Part shown: positions 58,850 through 64,000 of the stretch, piece by piece
Layout: every line of letters begins with the position of its first letter
Numbering within the stretch: the stretch's first letter is position 1
From: Trichosphaerium sp. ATCC 40318
Lineage: Eukaryota; Protista; Tubulinea
Reading direction: 5' to 3'
DNA length: 64,000 nt
NCBI GenBank assembly: GCA_038496445.1
Contig: JALMLS010000255.1
Coordinates: 372,001-436,000 of the forward strand
Made by a program: the position numbers and the translations under genes
The notes under the pieces: model-generated
The model's database searches: none
What the model saw: the letters and a program-made list of their open reading frames with translations, nothing else
Told to the model about the DNA's origin: nothing

Positions 58850-61760
58850 TGATCGGTGAAAAGAAGTTTAATGACAAAAGTGGGATAATCAAAGAGCTGT
58901 GTACTTACACAGAAGCAAGATAAAAGTAATATGAGAGATGTGGTAAATCCCAAACTAGAGTATTGATGGTGACAAAATGGAGACTACAAAGAGTGGTGTA
59001 ATAACACCCAATACAAGCAACAGAACAGTGTTTGTGTAAGGATGGTAAAAAAACCAGCAAGTATTCTTACCTGGTATGATGAGGATGTACAACTAAAACG
59101 ACAGTGCTATTTTTTAAGGATGACAAAAAGGAAGGTAAATGAACAATACAAAGGTGGTGTAAAAAATGTTATTTCTTTACTTTTATTTATCTACGCAAAT
59201 GGGATTGACATTCTTAAGAATGGAGATCACTGAGGCTTGACACCTGGAATTGGCACCAAAACAAATGTTTGGTGTGGTTAAGTGATCAAGACACCATCTA
59301 CTTTGATGGACTGTACTGTTTAAAATAGAGAAAGTTGCAGTCAATACTTTGACATACCCATGACATTCAAAAGAGTCGTATTGGCTTTGAGGATGTTTAC
59401 TCACAACAATATTTAACATTTTCCTTCATTCAACCGAGCAACCCCCCTCTCCAGAGGCACGGGAAACTCGAAACTTTAGAAGTGATTAAGTTCTAAAGTC
59501 CAGCCGCAGTGATTGAAAGAATTCCTACTGAAAAATACTGAAGCTCTTATATAGTGGCCTGCCTACCAACCCGTTACTCTTTGAAATTACAGGCATGATT
59601 TCACAAGCAAGTGAAACCAAGTACTGAATTGCCCCTTTCCCCTACACTTGCACAATAACATTTTAGATAACAATTGAATACACTACTCAGTGCCAACACA
59701 CTTTGGGTAATACGTTCGGTATGATACTTGGGAGTAACCCTGTTCTCTGTCAAACGTAACCGTATATATATGGTGCCCCAACTTTCATTGTGGTTGGATG
59801 TGAGTATATTCAGTGCCATCCCTCCAAGGTACTTAAGAGTATTGTTCCCTTTAGAGGTAAAATGAGAGAATAAACACATACAGCACAATAACATTTTAGA
59901 TAACAATTGAATACACTACTCAGTGCCGACACACTGTGGGTAATACGTTCGGTATGATACTTGGGGGTAACCCTGTTCTCTGTCAAACGTAACCGTATAT
60001 ATATGGTGCCCCAACTTTCGTTGTGGTCGGATGTGTAGTATATTCAGTGCCATCCCTCCAGGTACTTAAGAGTATTGTTCCCTTTGGAGGTAAAATGTAT
60101 TGAATGTGTTTATTCTCTGCAACATACAAGGACTGAGCCCTTGTACATTGCTGTGCATGTCAATTCCTAAGGTGTAAGTTAGTTTCCGATAAACTTATAA
60201 TCACGACTTTGAATACCTCAACTAGAATCTGTCTTGCCAAAACCTTGGTACCAACCTAAACATACCCCCTTATCCCAAGTTTGCTCCACCACACCATATC
60301 TACTTTCCTATAAAACATTGGTCAGTCATACATTTATGTGATTTTGTTGCCCACTGAGGGCTTCAATTACATACCTTTATAATGCCACCCTTCTCTCCCT
60401 AATTGATGTACTTGGCTTGGGTACCTTTCCATCAATTAATTCTTGAGACACATCGATGTCTATCCCCCACAAGTACTTGGACATGTGCCTTTCCTTGTTG
60501 GGTAAAACTTGTTGAGCTGCTGGATGACATGGCACCTCTTAGGGTACCTGCCAAAGTTATGAACCTGTGACTCGATTAGCATTTCTACACTTCAAATGAG
60601 TGTTATAATGATAGAAGAGGATAGATGGTCACACATAGATAGTTGTCGCCCACTGTGGGCTTCAACTTCATGACTGGAGGTCTCGATTAACATTTCTACG
60701 CCTCAAAATGTGCGTTATAATGATAGAAGAGAACCCATTCTCAGAGTGGACACAGCATTAAAGCTGCAGTACCACTCACTCAACAACCAATGAGTAGTGT
60801 CATTGATGGATGTACTAAGAGACAAGCTAAACTTGCCCTTTTCTATCCTTCACAAAGTGTTCTGTAGTTACAGAGACACTATTGTATCACCTCAGACAGG
60901 AGGTGCTTTGAGCCAGTCGATTACCACTGCCTATGCCATGTTTTTTACGCATTTTACATAGGTGGCTTATGTGGTAGAAGACCCAACTACAAGGGGTAAA
61001 GAGAAGCAACTTCTAGGGGCACACACTACACAAAATAATTTGTGTTTGGTATTTTTTTCTTTTTTTTTTTTTGTGCCTTGAAGTCTTTCTTCTTTTATGC
61101 TATATTAGGCTACACGGTTGTAAGACTGAACCTATTGAATGAAAATATCGAGTTTTCACGGCACCTATAATACCATTGCAACTCTCGCAGCTCTCTTCTT
61201 ACACGTTGTGCGTTGAGGTTGTGGTGTTGAACAAAACACTCAAAACAGTATTATTAGTTCGTTGTTCCTGTGCTTTGTGCGCCTCTTCGTTGTTGAAAGT
61301 CCAAATAAATACCAATGGTCTAAAACGCGCTCATACTTACATTCATTGTATTTAATGGCGTCCAGCGTATTGTACATAAATAGAAACAAAAAACCAACCG
61401 TTTTTTTCTCGAACTGCCTTTATTTATCTCTGTATGGCGTTTACAACTATTTGTGCATGGTTTTGGAAGCGCCATTCGCCATTATCACTGTTCCTGTGCA
61501 AGAAGAAGTTCAATTGACCACCCTCAATTTCAAAAAAAAACCAGATTACATCTCGTTTCTTGTTCTTGATAATGGCAAGTTTGGCTTTGTTTGGAGAATA
61601 CGAAGTGTGCTTCAAATAAGCTTTCTAAACGACATCTCTGGCTACCGCTGGTACCTTCTAGTTCCTTTCGAACACTTTATCCACATATAAGTATCTACCA
61701 CATCGCATTCTATTGCTTTCAAGGAGGAGAGCAATGGAAATAAGTAAGCACAGATTGTCC
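58850..61760 (+). repeat. Island D: decayed MORN fragment plus modules shared with islands A (inverted) and B (direct)
   Basis: Matches 1-860 (reverse complement) and 28860-30910; ORF 59042-59233 mirrors ORF 625-831. Confidence 0.9.
59651..60098 (+). repeat. ~233-bp tandem duplication within island D
   Basis: cacaataacattttagataacaattgaatacac starts at both 59651 and 59884; both units run to gaggtaaaatg. Confidence 0.95.
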
Positions 61761-61972
61761 AATAGAAAAACAAAAAAGCATGTGGAATATGAAAGTTCTA
61801 GAAAAAAAAGGCTCAGCATTATTCGACTAAGTCTCCTGATCTTTTTGGCGAAAACATGCTGTAATAGCGCTTACCACTATCGTAAACCTTTAGATTATTG
61901 AATGTTGTTACAGCGGTTCAGTGAGTGGGGAATGGTATTCCGTTTAAATATGGTCAAAGGCAACTTTTTAGT

Positions 61973-63771
61973 TTATTTTGTTAAACTCAACAATGTAGCG
62001 TTTGCAGCTTGACGTGGGCAAGTAAGATCAAGTGGTACAAAGGCATCTAGAAGCTTTAATCCGAACATTTTAAGTGCTTTGCCGACTGAGATTGTCGTGT
62101 TCGAAGGAGCAACCTATATGGTGTAAATTTCTAAATCTCTAGATTATTAAAATAATCATACCAACTCTGCAACCCCACCAAAGTCACAAGCGTTGTCACC
62201 TTGGGTGGCCTTGTTTTTCTAAAATTAATTAAGATCTAGGATTTAATAAATCTCGTTGCTTACTTGATAGTAGGCATTGAAAGCCCAGTTGCAATGATCC
62301 ACTATGACAAAGTAAATTTTGAAGAAACTTTAGAAAAAATATAAATCACTAACCAACGGTATCAGGATAGTAGAACTCGCCGCCAGGATTGATTGCGGAG
62401 CAATTTAGATTCTTAGGGTTGCAAACCCATCCCAATGCGCTCTAAGAAGAACTTAAGTCTGATTTAGAGTACAAGTATGGCTTACAACAAGACTCGCTGA
62501 AGAGGCATCTGGTTTAACATGGCAAACATATGACTTCTCACACACTTGCTTTGGGGCAATACACCTTGGGTCTGGTGGGACTGTTGTACTATGTTGTTGT
62601 TTATAAACATAAGCCGCTAGTTCTAAGCGTACGTGAAACCATCAAAAGCCTTAAAACAGCATGAGAATTAACACAAAGTGAAAATAAAATAAAAAAAAGG
62701 GACGCACCCAATTTGTCAAAACGTTTTGTTCCAAATCAAGCACAGAGATCTGACAAGGCCATTCTTCTGCTAATAAACCCAATTAGTATTCGTTAATAAA
62801 TGTTACAACGTACCACTTGCTCGGGTCCATATATCAGCGTTAATGATACGGCCATCAACAGTAACCTGAAAAAAGAAAATGTTTGAAGAAGAACAATAAA
62901 TAACGGCTCTGGGTGCGCTACTATCATTCTAAAAGGGCCCTACTCAACGCGTACCCTTGCTGACAAGAAATGGTTACATAATACACCATTAACCTACTCG
63001 TGGAGTTAAAAAAAACCGTCGCTTTAAAACACGTGTACATAATCTTGTCCAACATGTACTGCATTGTCTACAATCACTTGTGGGTACTCGACAGGAGGTG
63101 GGAAATCGTCTAAAAACACTATGAGCAATGACGTGCATTGTAAGAAAAAGATCTTCTTGTGCCTACCTGTGAGTTGCCATGTTGCGCAGTTTCCTTTTGA
63201 TTAAACTGTTAGACAAGTCAAACAAGAAGAGATTTATATACCGTTTGCGTCGTCAATGGAGAAGTGTGTTTTTGTTTCTTGGTAGTCACAGTAGTCACCA
63301 GGCCTCTTCGTATTTGGGTCCTTTAAATCTTGTTGGTTATACCTAGAACCAAGCTTTAACCAAAAACATGTGTTTGGAAAAGTCACACGAGAAAGGAATA
63401 AAAAAACGTTGATGAATGTTAGCTACGCCTACGTGTTAACGTAGGTATTGCGCAGTCCATTTCTGATAGAACAAACCAAAAATTGTTCTAACGACTAGGA
63501 ACTGACCTGCATGAATAGGTAGGGTAATAGTTGATGAGCTGACCGTAGTTGGAGATAATATCGTTACCATTCTTCACAGTGGAAACAGACTTTTTGAAAT
63601 AAAGTTAGGGAAAATGTCACGTGATAGATAACACTACGTAGTGCTTCGTACCCAGGTATGCCATGTTGGCGGAAATCCTTTACCTAGTTTTGGTGCCTGT
63701 GTTGGTTGCGTTGTTTGCGTTACAGCAATAGTGATAGTACATAAAAGGGCTAAGACGAAAGGCACGCTCAT
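61973..63771 (-). CDS. Secreted protein with a C-terminal X8 (CBM43) domain and a Cys-containing N-terminal domain (possibly ependymin-like); missed by the ORF track because its exons are short
   Basis: Signal peptide MSVPFVLALLCTITIA; X8 pattern CHVKPDAS...SALGWVC...NCSAINPGGEFYYPDTVVDHCNWAFNAYYQ...ACDFGGVAEL. Confidence 0.82.
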
Positions 63772-64000
63772 TGTTATGTACGACTAGAAATAGTTTTTAA
63801 GAACTTGACTTAATAGGCTACTTTAAAAACATGCAAGTTTTCTTTATGTTATTGTTCAACTACTTCAAGAGACATTGCTCTCTGATATAGTAGTACATAG
63901 TATACTTACATTGTTACCTTTGTAACCACGTACTCTCTTGAAAATGGTTGATGGTGTACCCCTAAAAAAGAGCATTCAAATCCTTTAAAATCTGCACACC

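Noticed and set aside
1-64000. Alternative genetic code or prokaryotic origin
   Set aside because: Apparent in-frame stops in conserved genes resolve as short introns, and TAA, TAG and TGA all serve as terminators.

Overview
AT-rich eukaryotic DNA in the standard genetic code, with many short (~40-190 nt) spliceosomal introns. It looks like a gene-dense protist, possibly amoeboid (inference). Intron-rich housekeeping blocks encode MCTS1/Tma20, a 3xCH-DH-PH RhoGEF, an NRAMP transporter, TRAP-beta, a GRIPAP1-like protein, ESF1, a TTC1-like TPR protein, an M3A oligopeptidase, an SLC35/TPT transporter, a K2P channel and a secreted X8-domain protein. These blocks alternate with four related, internally rearranged repeat islands (about 1-5900, 23300-30910, 44915-51250 and 58850-61760). 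The islands hold a three-copy F-box-like gene family, intact and decayed MORN-variant repeat genes of the kind common in giant viruses and bacteria, a captured fragment of a host gene, inversions and a Helitron-like 3' end, but no recognisable transposase. Other highlights are an apparent linker-histone (H15)-VWA fusion gene, an intronless F-box-like protein ending in a CaaX box, an intronless bacterial-type glyoxalase, and repeated use of GC-AG introns. Gene models were spliced by eye and family assignments come from motif recognition, not database searches.
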